64,000 nucleotides of DNA from Eledone cirrhosa (GCA_964016885.1 OZ024765.1:14198001-14262000); one strand, 5' to 3'; positions 39,221 through 54,208 are shown, numbered from the stretch's first letter. A program made the numbers and translations. Notes: generated by a model from the letters alone, not told the origin.

Positions 39221-39689
39221 TTTTTTTTTTTTTAAATATACTTTTTTTGAGGTGGGTTTTAGAATAAAGGAAAGACAATAGATGTGGCAGTAATTTGGAT
39301 AAAGGGTCAATATGGGGGAATGGGGGCTATGTGGGGTTGAGGGTAATTCGGGTGGGGGAATGGATCATTGACATCATACGAAGCAGCCTTGAGTTGACAG
39401 GGGGAGTCAAATTCAATATGGCCAGGTCATGTGTGTTAATTATGGCTCACACATATACACGCATATATACGCATACACACATACATATACACACAGACAG
39501 ACATATGTACATACACACAGGTATGTATATTTTACAGACACACCCACAGACATGCATAAATATATGTATCTCACATATACACATATATACATACACACAC
39601 ATATACATATTAAGAATATTATATATATATAAATAAATATATATGCATATATATATACATATATATACATACGTATATATACATCCGGG

Positions 39690-40097
39690 AAAGATGACCC
39701 CTTAGCCTTTGTCAAGGCAGAATTCTAGGAGAAGGAAAACTCTGATATAACACCTGCAACCCTGATGGTATCCAATGATGTTGACTTCTTCTTCTTTTTG
39801 GTAAATATCATCTTGGTTAAGAGAGTGGGACTGGCTTTGTGCAGTGCCTTTGCTCACTATAAAAGCTTCACGGCACAGGCATTGCTTTATATCTGGAGAT
39901 CTCTCTGCACTTGTCGTCACATGGTACCATAGGCCCAGCACTACGTGTCAATAATTGTCACAAGTGTAATGTTTGTACCAGAGTTTTCAAGTCGCTTGCT
40001 GGACTAAAAAGTCACACTCGTTCAGCGCATCGGTAGGGGTTCTCCTACATGGATATAAAGTAGTGGCCGTACTCGAAAACGAGTTGGCAGCCACCAT
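39690..40097 (+). mobile_element. Probable RTE LINE 5' region fragment
   Basis: tagccttt..ggcag..ctaggagaaggaaaactctga resembles recalled RTE 5' UTRs; the distal part is duplicated at 29950. Confidence 0.4.
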
Positions 40098-40101
40098 ATA
40101 C

Positions 40102-40132
<31 letters not shown>

Positions 40133-40347
40133 AGTATATATACATATATGTATATGTATATGTATATATGTACACATATGTATATGTTTATATACACACA
40201 CACACATATATATATATGTGTGTGTGTGTAAAGTAAAATATAATAAAATTATTTATATTTAACAGAATTGTTCAGGTTTAGAAATAACAAATCATTGAGG
40301 TGGGAAATTGGTAACAATTGAAAGAAAATATCTTTTTACAATTGATC

Positions 40348-40380
<33 letters not shown>

Positions 40381-40590
40381 GTGTATGTATATATATATGT
40401 GTATGTATATATATATATATGTGTATATATATGTATATATATATATGTATATGTATATATATGTATATATATATATGTATATATATATGTATATGTATAT
40501 GTATATAGGTATATATATATATGTAAACATAGATATATGTATATATAGATATGTGTATATAGATATATGTATATATATACATATATATAT

Positions 40591-40639
<49 letters not shown>

Positions 40640-40746
40640 CATATATATACATATATATATATATACATATATATACATATATATACATATATATATATAC
40701 ATATATATATGTATATATTTATATTATATATATATATATATGTATA

Positions 40747-40786
<40 letters not shown>

Positions 40787-40950
40787 TATATGTATATATT
40801 TATATTATATATATATATATATGTATATCTATACATATATATATATATACATATATATACATATATATACATATATATATATATATACATATATATATGT
40901 ATATATTTATATTATATATATATATATATGTATATCTATATATATATATA

Positions 40951-41506
40951 CAGTGCATCTTCGCTTATCCGGATATCGATTTTCCGAAATTTGATTTACC
41001 GGACGGCTATTTCTATACTATCTCCGGATGAGGAGGACTTGATTTCGGCAGACGGACAGATTCGGGCAGGATTTCTTCCGGCAAACGTTACGTCACTTAT
41101 TCAGCCAATGGACCAGGGAGTTTTGGAGACACTAAAGCGGATTTACAGAAAACAATTGCTGCGGGATTTGATCGGAAAAGGGGACACGGGAATCTTCTAT
41201 TTATTCATTTTTAAAAAAGTACTAACTTTTTATGGTTTGACTCAATTCAGTTTTACCAAGTTTTTAGTTATTCTTATGTTTGTTTAATTAATTTTCTTAT
41301 AAATTCTAGCTGTTCTTTTTTTATTCTAATAAACTTTCTTTACTTAGCATTTGTCTTTTATTTTGACTAAAAGAAGCCAAAACATTAGAAACCACGAGCA
41401 TTATGTAACAATGGGATTTTAGAATTCACTTATCCGGATATTTCACTTAACCGGATCTTTTTCTAACTGTTTGGTTTTGACCGTCCGGATAAGCGAAGAT
41501 TCACTG
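40951..41506 (+). mobile_element. Internally deleted pogo/Tigger DNA transposon
   Basis: TA|CAGTGCATCTTCGCTTATCCGGA...TCCGGATAAGCGAAGATTCACTG|TA; internal [30 protein letters not shown] is a DDE_1 transposase motif. Confidence 0.95.
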
Positions 41507-41518
41507 TATATATATATT

Positions 41519-41960
41519 AAAAAAATTTTTTGGGAGGTCGTTATGGAAGCCTCAACAATGCAGATGGGTAAATCTCCGGGTAACAGAATCCGGTGGTGAA
41601 GAGAGAGATGTAAGGGAATGTAGAATGAGATGTATAGTGTGTAGAGTTACACACAAACAGCGGACAACAGAGGCGACGTACCATTCCTCTCCGACAGATA
41701 ACTTTATCCTCCGGAAACCCCCCCCCCCCCCCAGTTGATGGATGTGAATCCAAAATATAGGGACAATTAAACCTCTCCCAAGGTAACTCTATCCCGTGTT
41801 GTTATTTTCTTTTTTTACGCTCCTTCCTACGTTCCTCTACACACTATACATCTCATTCTACATTTCCTTACATCTCTCTCTTCACCACCGGATCTTGTTA
41901 CCCGGAGAATTACCCGTCTGCATTGTTGAGGCTTCCAAAACGACAAAAAATTTTTTTTTA
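41519..41960. repeat. Inverted repeat, ~120-bp arms with ~190-bp spacer
   Basis: ggaagcctcaacaatgcaga..gatgtatagtgtgtag versus ctacacactatacatc..tctgcattgttgaggcttcc. Confidence 0.9.
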
Positions 41961-41992
41961 TTATTCCACAATGCTTCAAGCAAACTTCAATA

Positions 41993-42050
<58 letters not shown>

Positions 42051-42051
42051 T

Positions 42052-42310
42052 ATATATAAATGTAATCTGAGTTTTTCGAATATTAATAATAACATTCGAT
42101 TCGTTTGCAATTATCCAAACAAGCCTCATTTTTAAAGCCATGTCGGTAGAATGAACCCTTCCTTCTTGCTCTTGTGTTGGCATGTAAACAGACCTGCAGA
42201 CACTAATGTTTCTGTGTATCACCCTTCATCAGTGCTGTTCACTGTTCACAATTGCAAATGAATCGAATGTTATTATTAATATTCGAAAAACTCAGATTAC
42301 ATTTATATAT
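42052..42310. mobile_element. MITE-like element with ~60-bp inverted termini in (TA)n
   Basis: aaatgtaatctgagtttttcgaatattaataataacattcgattcgtttgcaatt versus its near-perfect reverse complement at 42250-42304. Confidence 0.75.
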
Positions 42311-42422
42311 ATATATTGTATTCAGCCATGTAGAGTGAAAATTAAAAATATATATTTATATATATATATATTTATATATATATATATTTATATCTATATA
42401 TATATATATTTATATATATATT

Positions 42423-42453
<31 letters not shown>

Positions 42454-42778
42454 ATTTATATCTATATATATATATATTTATATATATATTTATATATATA
42501 TATTTATATATATATTTATATATATATATATATACATACATATATGTATATATATATATACATATATATATACATATATATATATATATACATATATATA
42601 TACATATATATATATATATACATATATATATACATACATATATATATACATACATATATATATACATACATATATATATATATATACATACATATATACA
42701 TACATATATATATATATATACATACATGTACACACATATATCAAGGAAAGAACAGCACAAATGACGATGTAAAAGCAC

Positions 42779-42815
<37 letters not shown>

Positions 42816-42997
42816 TGTGTGCATATATATGTATATATATAGATATGTGTGTGTGCGTGTATATGTGCATGTGTGTGTGTGTTTATGTGTATATATATAT
42901 ATGTATATATACACAAACATACATATATACAAATGAAGGTTTATTAGTGCTATTCGATGGGATATTTTCAGTATTATATGAGTATATATATATATAT

Positions 42998-43408
<411 letters not shown>

Positions 43409-43469
43409 CATATATAAATTCAAGAAACGTTGGTATGTGCATAGACATTCAATATATATATATATATAT

Positions 43470-43654
43470 ATAACGAAGGAAATGTGGTAAGGAACCAGAT
43501 GGACCATAATGCACCAAAGTACTCAATACTTAGGCTAGTAGAGTGGGTAATAGGAACGAGTAGGACCCCGATGGCTGAGCTCAAGCCGTTTCGACAGTCC
43601 AGAATTAGCCGTCGAAACGGCTTGAGCTCTGCCGTCGGGGTCCTACTCGTTCCT
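43470..43654 (-). mobile_element. Copy of the 29530-family repeat with a 44-bp near-perfect hairpin (43552-43654)
   Basis: AGGAACGAGTAGGACCCCGATGGCTGAGCTCAAGCCGTTTCGAC / GTCGAAACGGCTTGAGCTCTGCCGTCGGGGTCCTACTCGTTCCT. Confidence 0.75.
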
Positions 43655-43745
43655 CTCTCTCTCTCTATATATATATATTTATATGTATGTATGTATGTAT
43701 ATATATATATTTATATCTATGTATGTATGTGTATATGTATGTATG

Positions 43746-43784
<39 letters not shown>

Positions 43785-43785
43785 G

Positions 43786-43840
<55 letters not shown>

Positions 43841-43841
43841 G

Positions 43842-43962
<121 letters not shown>

Positions 43963-44411
43963 ATATAAATATATATATATATATATTTATATGTATGTAT
44001 GTATATATATATATATATGTATGTATATATAAATATATATATATATATATTTATATGTATGTATGTATATATATATATATATATATGTATGTATATATAA
44101 ATATATATATATTTATATGTATGTATGTATGTATATATTAATATATATATATATGTACCCAAAACAGATCTGTATGAGCAGGACATGATCTCCAGATGCA
44201 AGTGTAGAAAATAGATGTTAAACGATGATGATGATATATAAGCACATACATATTTATATATGCATTAATAGACACACATATATGTGTGTATATATACACA
44301 CACACATACATATATATACACACACACACACATATACATATATATATATACACACACACACATATATATATATAATTATATATATACATATATACATCCA
44401 CACGTACTTAC

Positions 44412-44444
<33 letters not shown>

Positions 44445-45164
44445 CACACACACACACACATATTTATATATATTTATATATACACATACACACATATATA
44501 TAATTATGTATTCATATATACATATATACACACATATATGTATATAATTATATATTCATATATGCATATATACACACATACACACATATGTATTCATATA
44601 TACATATATACTAACATACAGATATATGTATTTATATATACATATATACTAACATACAGATATATGTAATTATATATCCATATATACTAACATACACACA
44701 CATATATATGATTATATATATAAATGCTTATATATATATATATATATATTTATATATACATATATACTAACATACATACATATACATATATATATATATA
44801 TGATTATATTTATATATACATAAAGTCTGTCAAATCTATAATTTTATAGTCAATTAGCAGGTTGAAAGTTTAGCACCGTTGTTTAAATACTCAACATCTA
44901 CACAGTTTGATTGTAAATCTCTTTTCTCTCCCACATCTCGTCCAGAACTCGAACATGGAAACTGTTGCCGCCTTCATCATTATCCTTCTCATCACTCTCT
45001 TTTATCTTCAACGACTCCAGTATGACCCTGTCAGAAAGACGCAGGAAGGGGTTGTACAGCTTCTCCTCGCGAAGACTCGAAGGGCACTGGATATAAAAGA
45101 CACATATATAGACATTTAGATATAACTAGTAGAAAAAGTTTTGTTTTTTTCTGTTCAACGTCTA

Positions 45165-45223
45165 GCGGTCTGATGAGGGTATAGCTGTTGCATAACAGTT
45201 ACTATTGAAATACGTATAACAGC
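45165..45223 (+). ncRNA. Type I hammerhead ribozyme motif (intact core)
   Basis: GCGGT-CTGATGAG-ggtaTAGCTGTT gcat AACAGTTActatt-GAAA-TACGTA-TA-ACAGC; AATAAA at 45236. Confidence 0.7.
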
Positions 45224-45539
45224 GATTATGCAATGAATAAATTAAGTAAATTCCAACCTGTTGACTTGTACTTCATTATTATAACTAGCAGAAAAACCAC
45301 ATTGTGGGTGGTTTTCTGCTAGCATGTGTAATATGCAGATTGATATTATATGCAAATATATATACATGTAGATATGATACGTCAAATAATATTGTAATTG
45401 ACAATATGCACAGAAATTGAAGAGAGACTGAGTTACACCCTCTTCTGTAATCAGTAAAGTAATCCATGATACATTTAAAAAAGATGATATATATAAACTG
45501 CATTAGGAGAAAATTAGTGACGGAAATATAAACCTTATA

Positions 45540-45730
45540 TAATTGTTTCTACTTTAGGCACAAGGCCAGCAATTACCCAGTGTATTACTGGTACTTTATT
45601 TTATCGACCCCGTAAGGATGAAAGGCAAAGTCAACCTCGGCGGGATTTTAACTCAAATCGTAAAGGGACGTAACTATGCTGGAAAGCATGGCGTCCGACC
45701 CTCTACTGATACTGCCAATCCACCGCCCTA
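45540..45730 (-). mobile_element. Full-length tRNA-derived SINE
   Basis: Minus strand begins ggcggtggattggcagtatcagtagag (A box), then B-box-like gagttaaaatcc and the shared 3' half. Confidence 0.85.
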
Positions 45731-46034
45731 TAAACCTTATATAATGATGCAAATATATGAACGTTTAAATAAGCGATGTGATATAGCGTCCATTATATCA
45801 TAACCGGAGGTATTGACATTTGAAAATTTTCAAGAAGTGAATCTTAAAATAAACAATCATTATATATAAGAATATTTATATTTAATCAACAGCTACGAAA
45901 TTTAGTAGATAAATTATGTAATATTCATTCATTATTTATTCAAAGTAATCCAACTTATTTTACTAACGGGATAAAAAAATATATTTAGGATGCAGTCCCA
46001 CACTCCTCCCTTTATTATATTATGATAGCAGAAG

Positions 46035-46375
46035 TAGTGCATTGCTTAGTGGTTAGAGCATTGCGCTTGCAATTGAAAGGTTGTAAGTTCGATCCTGGGA
46101 TCGATTGATGTGTTGTGTCCTTGAGCAAGACACTTTATTTTACGTTGTTCCAGTTCACTCAGCTGTAGAAATGAGTTGCGACATCACTGGTGCCAAGCTG
46201 TATCAGCCATTGCCTTTCCTTTGGACAACGTCAGCGGCGTTGGGAATACATAGACGACTACTGGTCTTCCACAACTACCTTGCCCGGATTTGTGCCTTGG
46301 CGGGGAACTTTCTAGATGCAGATCCCATGGTCATTCATGATTGAAGTGGGGGGGGGGTCTTTACTCTTTACTCTT
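46035..46375 (+). mobile_element. tRNA-headed SINE (second family)
   Basis: tgcttagtggttagagc..agttcgatcc, ttgtgtccttgagcaagacact core, cactcagctgtagaaatgag, (tttactc)n tail; an inverted relative lies at 54830-54975. Confidence 0.85.
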
Positions 46376-46779
46376 TAGTAGTACTAATATTATAATGTAA
46401 AGATCCCCTTCGGTCAAGAACGAATGCAGCCTCTTAAAATAAAATTTCACCAGAGATAGATTAGCAAGAGGTTGGGTGGGGGGTGGGATTGTGTGTGTGT
46501 GTGTGTGGGGGGGGGGGTCGACTGGAATAAATCTGAAAAATTAATAAGTGGTGGAAGAGGGGACGGTTATTTGTGGGGCCCCTACATAATCAATAGGAGT
46601 TCCAATTCCTTTAGCCTATAGAGACACCGTATAAAAAAAAATCTTAAAACTCTTTTGTTAACCCCTAGCATTTGATAACCATCTCTCATATCAACGTGAA
46701 CACTTCCCAATAAGCGAAGAGAGGGGGGGGGGGCTATTATTCAAGACTTGAGAGTAGATACATAGATACCCCCTCACCA

Positions 46780-47360
46780 TATTGCAGTTTTTGTTTTATT
46801 ACTTAACTCAACAGAAAGTGATCTCTGACTTGCACTTGATAGGTTTGGTGCTGAGTGCTGCAAAAACTGAGACACTCGTCCTCTCAAGGAAGCCTGCTCA
46901 GTGCATCTACATGTGAATGGAGTTCCACTGAAGCAGGTATTAAAGTTCAAGTATCTCAGGGCTGTGTTCACGAGTGATGTAAGACAGGAGGCTGAATTAA
47001 GTGCAACGACTGCAGGAGTTGGTGCAGTAATGTGTCAGCTTCAGCATTCAGTAATCAGAAGGGAGATAGGTGTAAAAGCCAAACTCGTTATCTTCAATTT
47101 GGTATTTGGGTCAACCCTTATCTATGGTCATGAATCTTGGGTAATGGCTGAAAGAATACGATCATGAATACAAGCAGCTGAAACAGGGTTCCTCCAAGGG
47201 GTTTTTGGAGTAACGTTACTTGATAAAGTTTATAGCTCGGAGATGAGAGAGTCACGCCAGGTAGAGCTGTTACTTCTCCAAATTGAGAAATAACAGCTCT
47301 GATACTATGGACATGTGGTTAGAATGTCTCAGGAAAGAATCACTGGACAGATTTGTAGCT
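46780..47360 (+). mobile_element. Decayed RTE-clade LINE ORF fragment
   Basis: LKQVLKFKYL..LIYGHESWVMAERIRS*IQAAE..YYGHVVRM. Confidence 0.88.
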
Positions 47361-47980
47361 CAGAGATCAGAGAGTCATTCCAGGTAGAGCTGCTACTTCT
47401 CTGTATTGAGAGATCACAGCTCTGATACTATGGACATGTGGTTAGAATGTCTCAGGAAAGAATTACTGGACAGATTTGTAGCTCGGAGATCAGAGAGTCA
47501 CTCCAGGTAGAGCTGTTACTTCTCTGAATTGAGAGATCACAGCTCTGATACTATGGACATGTGGTTAGAATGTCTCAGGAAAGAATCACTGGACAGATTT
47601 GTAGCTCAGAGATCAGAGAGTCATTCCAGGTAGAGCTGCTACTTCTCCAAATTGAGAGATCACAGCTCTGATACTATGGACATGTGGTTAGAATGTCTCA
47701 GGAAAGAATCACTGGACAGATTTGTAGCTCGGAGATCAGAGAGTCACTCCAGGTAGAGCTGTTACTTCTCCAAATTGAGAGATAACAGCTCTGATACTAT
47801 GGACATGTGGTTAGAATGTCTCAGGAAAGAATCACTGGACAGATTTGTAGCTCGGAGATCAGAGAGTCACTCCAGGTAGAGCTGTTACTTCTCCAAATTG
47901 AGAGATAACAGCTCTGATACTATGGACATGTGGTTAGAATGTCTCAGGAAAGAATCACTGGACAGATTTGTAGCTCAGAG
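47230..47980 (+). repeat. 123-bp tandem repeat x6 derived from the RTE coding sequence
   Basis: gatactatgg at 47301, 47424, 47547, 47670, 47793 and 47916. Confidence 0.95.
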
Positions 47981-48279
47981 TCCATATATGGGCAGTCAGT
48001 CTGTACATAAATAAAGTCTTTAAAGAAGGTCACTGGGTTTTTTTTCGAGGAGGGTCTCAGAATTTTTCCTATTACCCACTCTACTACCCCAAGTATTGAG
48101 TACTCTGGTGGGTTATGGTCCTACTGGTTTTTACTGCATCCATTCTGATATATAAATAGGTATATAAATAAGTATGACTTACGGTAGGTAACATCTTTTT
48201 CCGCTGTTTGAAGGCCCAGTTAAGTTTTTGCTAAAAATAAAAAAAAAAAAAAAAAAAATAACAATGACGACTATAATAA

Positions 48280-48667
48280 TAATAATTTCTGATTTAGACA
48301 CAAGGCCAGCAATTTTTTGAGGAAGGGGAAATTCGAATAAATCGACGACCCCCCCCCCCCCCCCAGTGCATTACTGGTACTTTATTTTATCAACCCTGTA
48401 AGGATGAAAGGCAAAGTTAACCTCTTGAACTCAAACTATAAAGGACCATAACTCTATGCTGCAAAGCAATAATAACAATGATAATAATGGTTTCCTATAT
48501 AGGCACAAGGCCAGCAATTATCCCAGTCTATTACTGGTACTTTATTTTATCGACCCCGTAAGGATGAAAGGCAAAGTTAACCTCGGCGGGATTTGAACTC
48601 AGACCATAAAGGGCCGTAACTCTTTGCTGCAAAGCATGGCGTCCGACCCTCTACCGATACTGCCAAT
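48280..48667 (-). mobile_element. Two tandem tRNA-derived SINE copies
   Basis: Both contain cacaaggccagcaa..actggtactttattttatc..ggatgaaaggcaaagt; the second extends to the A-box head. Confidence 0.85.
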
Positions 48668-48924
48668 TGTTTCTACGGCAATTTTATCATAGCACCAGCA
48701 CTAGAGAGGTTATCATGCTCTTGGCCAAACTGAAGAGTCCTCTCTACCATATTTCTCTCTGTTCAGTTGTCAACCACTTTACAGAGTGTACTGGGTGCAT
48801 ATTATCATGGCACCAGAACTAGAGAGGTTGTCATGCTCTTGGCCAAACTGAAGAGTCCTCTCTACCATATTTCTCTGTTCAGTTGTCAACCACTTTACAG
48901 AGTGTACTGGGTGCATTTTATTAT

Positions 48925-49440
48925 CATTACTCTGTATTTACTATTGCATATAGTAAAGCCTTTACCACACATAATCTCACATCTACGAGATTTTGATGAC
49001 ATTGTTTATTTTGAGAACGATATCTTAACATCAGTATGAGCTGCCAGTTACAGCTGGTTTGAACAAAAAAGGGGAGAGAATTCTCGCATAATCTTGAATC
49101 CACGAGATTTTGATGACTTTGTTAATTTTAAGAATGATATCTTAACATCAGTATGAGCTGCCAGTTACGGTTGGTTTAAACAGAAAAAAAGGGGAGAGAA
49201 TTCTGGCTGGAAACAGCCTGTTTAACCCTTTAGCGTTTAAACCGGCCATATCTGGCCAGAATTTTTCTATTTAAACCGGCTGTACCTGGGTGCTTATACT
49301 GATATTAATAAACTGTTCTCAAAATAGATAACATTAGAATCTCATAGATTCGATATTATGTGAGATATTATGTAAGATAAAGCCTTTACCACAAAAAATA
49401 CAATAGCATAAATAGAGTAATGTAAATGCTAAAGGGTTAA
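48925..49440. mobile_element. piggyBac-type MITE relatives of 36335-37180
   Basis: ttaaccctttagcg at 49222 to gctaaagggttaa at 49440, plus a partial left arm 48925-49220 with an internal duplication. Confidence 0.75.
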
Positions 49441-49819
49441 AATCTCCAGCAGGAGTTAAAGGGGTTTGAAGTAATGAAAGTAAGTTACCCTAGTTATTTC
49501 ATTATCGGGGTTTAAGTGGATTGCAAACTTTAAATTCTGAACAGCATATTCATGGCCTGAAAAACAAGAGAAAACATATCTTAGAATCTTTTACATTTGA
49601 AAATGTGAGAATCTGAAATGATAAAAATAACTGGACAACTCATCTAACCCATGTTAGTATGGAAAGGTGGACATTAAAACTGACCTTGCTCACTGACACC
49701 TCTCTAAGACAATGTCACTGGATCGAGATCTTTGGCCCATGCGGTTGTACAGAAGACCCATCTTCCCTTGCATACAAACCTACAGTCAGTAGGCACCTCT
49801 TAACCCAATGTAAACCCTA

Positions 49820-50190
49820 TGTTGCTATTGTTGTTGGGGTTGTTGTTGTGGGTTTTGTGTGTTGTTGTTATTGTTGTTGGGGTTATTATTGTTGTTGTTG
49901 CTATAGTTGTTGTTGTTGGGGTTGTTGTTGTGGGTTTTGTGTGTTGTTGTTATTGTTGTTGTTGTTGGGGTTATTATTGTTGTTGTTGTTGCTATTGTTG
50001 TTGTTAGGGTTATTATTGTTGTTGTTGTTGGGGTTATTGTTGTTGTTGTTGTGGGTTTTGTGAGTTGTGGATTTTGTGTTGTTGTGGGTTTTGTGTGTTG
50101 TTGTTGTTGTGGGTTTTGTGTGTTGTGGGTTTTGTGTGTTGTTGTTGTTGTGGGTTTTGTGTGTTGTTGTTGTTGTTGTTGTTGTTGTGA
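49820..50190. repeat. (TTG)n-based tract
   Basis: Direct reading. Confidence 0.95.
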
Positions 50191-50309
50191 GTTTTTTAGA
50201 TTTATTTATTTGTTCTTTTATTTGTGTTTTGATCTCGTGGGAAACTCTTTTATTTGACTTTTGAAGAAGAGAATTGGGAGGAGGGCAGGGGAGGGGGCTT
50301 TGACTGACA

Positions 50310-51480
50310 GTCAGACAGACTCAGACATACACACACACTGACACACAGACAGACACACACACACACTGACACACATACATATACTGACACACAGACAGAC
50401 AGACTCACACACATACTGACACATATACTGACACACAGACAGACTCACACACACACACTGACACACAGTAAGACTCAGACATACACACACATACACATAC
50501 TGACACACAGACATACACACACACACACTGACACACAGACAGACTCACACACACACACACACTGACACACAGACAGACTCAGACATACACACACATACTG
50601 ACACAGAGACATACACACACACACTGACACACAGACAGACTCACACACACACACTGACACACAGACCAACTCACACACATACACTGACACACAGACAGAC
50701 TCACACACACGCACACACTGACACACATACACATACAGACACACAGACAGATTCACAGACAGACTCACACACACACACTGACACACAGACAGACTCACAC
50801 ACACACTGACACACATACACATACTGACACACATACACACACACGCAGACTGACACACACAGACTCACACACACTCATACACACATAGACAGACTGACAC
50901 ACAGACAGACTCACACACACATATAGACAGACAGACACACACATAGAGATACAGACAAGATCCCTGGGTATGTGTCTATGTGTGAGTGTGTGTGTGTGTT
51001 TGTCTGTATATATGTATGTGAGTGTCTATGTCTGTCTGTATGTGTGAGTGTGTGTCAATGTATGTGTGTGCGTGTGTGTGTGTCTGTCTGTATGTGTGAG
51101 TCAATGAATGTGTGTGTGTGTGTTTGTCTGTCTGTATGTGTGTGTGTCAATGTATGTGTGTGTGTGTTTGTCTGTCTGTATGTGTGTGTGTGTTTGTCTG
51201 TCTGTATGTGTGAGTGTGTGTCAATGTATGTGTGTGTCTACGAATGTCTATGTTGTGTCTATGTACGCCTGTGTGTATGTGTATCTATCTATATCAATGT
51301 GTGTGTGTATGTGTGTGTGTGTGTCTATCTAAATCAATGTGTGTGTGTGTGTGTGTCTATGTCAGTGTATATCTATGTGTGTCTATGTCAGTGTATGTCT
51401 ATGTGTGTCTATATATGTCAATGTGTGTGTATATCACTGTATGTGTATGCCTATGTCAGTGTGTCTATGTGTGTCTATAT
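50310..51480. repeat. CA/GACA tract switching to a TG/TGTC tract at ~50960
   Basis: Direct reading. Confidence 0.9.
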
Positions 51481-54090
51481 ATGTGTATATGTGTCTATAT
51501 ATAACACTGTGTGTGTATATGTGTCTATATATAACACTGTATGTGTGTATGTGGCTATATATATATCACTGTATGTGTATATGTGTCTATATATAACTGT
51601 ATGTGTATATATGTCTATATATAACACTGTATGTGTATATGTGCCTATATATAACACTGTATGTGTATATATGTCTATATATACCACTGTATGTGTATAT
51701 GTGTCTATATACAACACTGTATGTGTATATATGTCTATATAACACTATGTGTATATATGTCTATATATATCACTGTATGTGTATATGTGTCTATATATAA
51801 CACTGTATGTGTATATGTGTCTATATATAACACTGTATGTGTATATGTGTCTATATATAACACTGTATGTGTGTATGTGGCTATATATATATCACGTATG
51901 TGTATATGTGTCTATATATAACTGTATGTGTATATATGTCTATATATAACACTGTATGTGTATATGTGCCTATATATAACACTGTATGTGTATATATGTC
52001 TATATATACCACTGTATGTGTATATGTGTCTATATATAACACTGTATGTGTATATATGTCTATATAACACTGTATGTGTGTATGTGGCTATATATATATC
52101 ACTGTATGTGTATATGTGTCTATATATAACACTGTATGTGTATATATGTCTATATATATCACTGTATGTGTATATGTGTCTATATATAACACTGTATGTG
52201 TATATGTGTCTATATATAACACTGTATGTGTGTATGTGTCTATATATAACACTGTATGTGTGTATGTGGCTATATATATATCACTGTATGTGTATATGTG
52301 TCTATATATAACTGTATGTGTATATATGTCTATATATAACACTGTATGTGTATGTGTGTCTATATATAACACTGTATGTGTATATATGTCTATATATACC
52401 ACTGTATGTGTATATGTGTCTATATATAACACTGTATGTCTATATATGTCTATATAACACTGTATGTGTATATATGTCTATATATACCACTGTATGTGTA
52501 TATATGTCTATATATACCACTGTATGTGTATATATGTCTATATATACCACTGTATGTGTATATATGTCTATATATAACACTGTATGTGTATATGTGTCTA
52601 TATATATCACTGTATGTGTATATGTGTCTATATATAACACTATATGTCTATATATAACACTGTATGTGTATATATGTCTATATATAACACTATGTGTGTA
52701 TGTGTCTATATATATAACTGTATGTGTATATATGTCTATATATCACTGTATGTGTATATGTGTCTATATATAGAACTGTATGTGTATATGTGTCTATATA
52801 TAACACTGTATGTGTATATGTGTCTATATATAACACTGTATGTGTATGTGTCTATATATAACACTGTATGTGTATATGTGTCTATATATAACACTGTATG
52901 TGTATATATGTCTATATATATCACTGTATGTGTATATATGTCTATATATAACACTGTATGTGTATATGTGTCTATATATATCACTATATGTATATGTGTC
53001 TATATATAACACTGTATGTGTGTATGTGTCTATATATATCACTGTATGTGTATATGTGTCTATATATATCGCTATATGTATATGTGTCTATATATAACAC
53101 TGTATGTGTATATATGTCTATATATATCACTATATGTATATGTGTCTATATATAACACTGTATGTGTATATATGTCTATATATACCACTGTATGTGTATA
53201 TGTGTCTATATATATCACTGTATGTGTATATATGTCTATATATAACACTGTATGTGTATATATGTCTATATATAACACTCTATGTGTGTATGTGTCTATA
53301 TATATAACTGTATGTGTATATATGTCTATATATCACTGTATGTGTATATGTGTCTATATATATCACTGTATGTGTATCTGTGTCTATATATAACACTGTA
53401 TGTGTATATGTGTCTATATATATCACTGTATGTGTATATATGTCTATATATATCACTGTATGTGTATATGTGTCTATATATAACACTGTATGTGTATATG
53501 TGTCTATATATAACACTGTATGTGTATATGTGTCTATATATAACACTGTATGTGTATATGTGTCTATATATAACACTGTATGTGTATATATGTCTATATA
53601 TATCACTGTATGTATATGTGTCTATATATAACACTGTATGTGTGTATGTGTCTATATATATCACTGTATGTGTATATGTGTCTATATATATCACTGTATG
53701 TGTATATGTGGCTATATATATACCACTGTATGTGTATATATGTCTAAATATATCACTGTATGTGTATATGTCTATATATATACCACTGTATGTGTATATA
53801 TGTCTATATATATCACTGTATGTGTATATGTGTTTATATATAACACTGTATGTGTATATATGTCTATATATAACACTGTATGTGTATATGTGTCTATATA
53901 TATCACTGTATGTGTATATGTGTCTATATATATAACACTGTATGTGTATATGTGTCTATATATATCACTGTATGTGTCTATACATATCACTATATGTGTC
54001 TATATATATATCACTGTATGTGTGTGTGTATATGTCAGTGTGTGTGTATATATATATGTCACTGTGTATATATCACTGTATGTGTATGTG
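51480..54090. repeat. ~30-bp minisatellite aacactgtatgtgtatatgtgtctatatat
   Basis: Direct reading; gives the 10-aa periodic [10 protein letters not shown] ORFs. Confidence 0.97.
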
Positions 54091-54159
54091 TGACATGTCC
54101 CCCATCCGAAGCAATAAATGACAATGAAATCCTGCAACACTATACTCTGTAATGGAGAT

Positions 54160-54208
54160 TGTCTGCCATTTTAAAGTGTATATACTGGCTATATATATAT
54201 ATATATAA

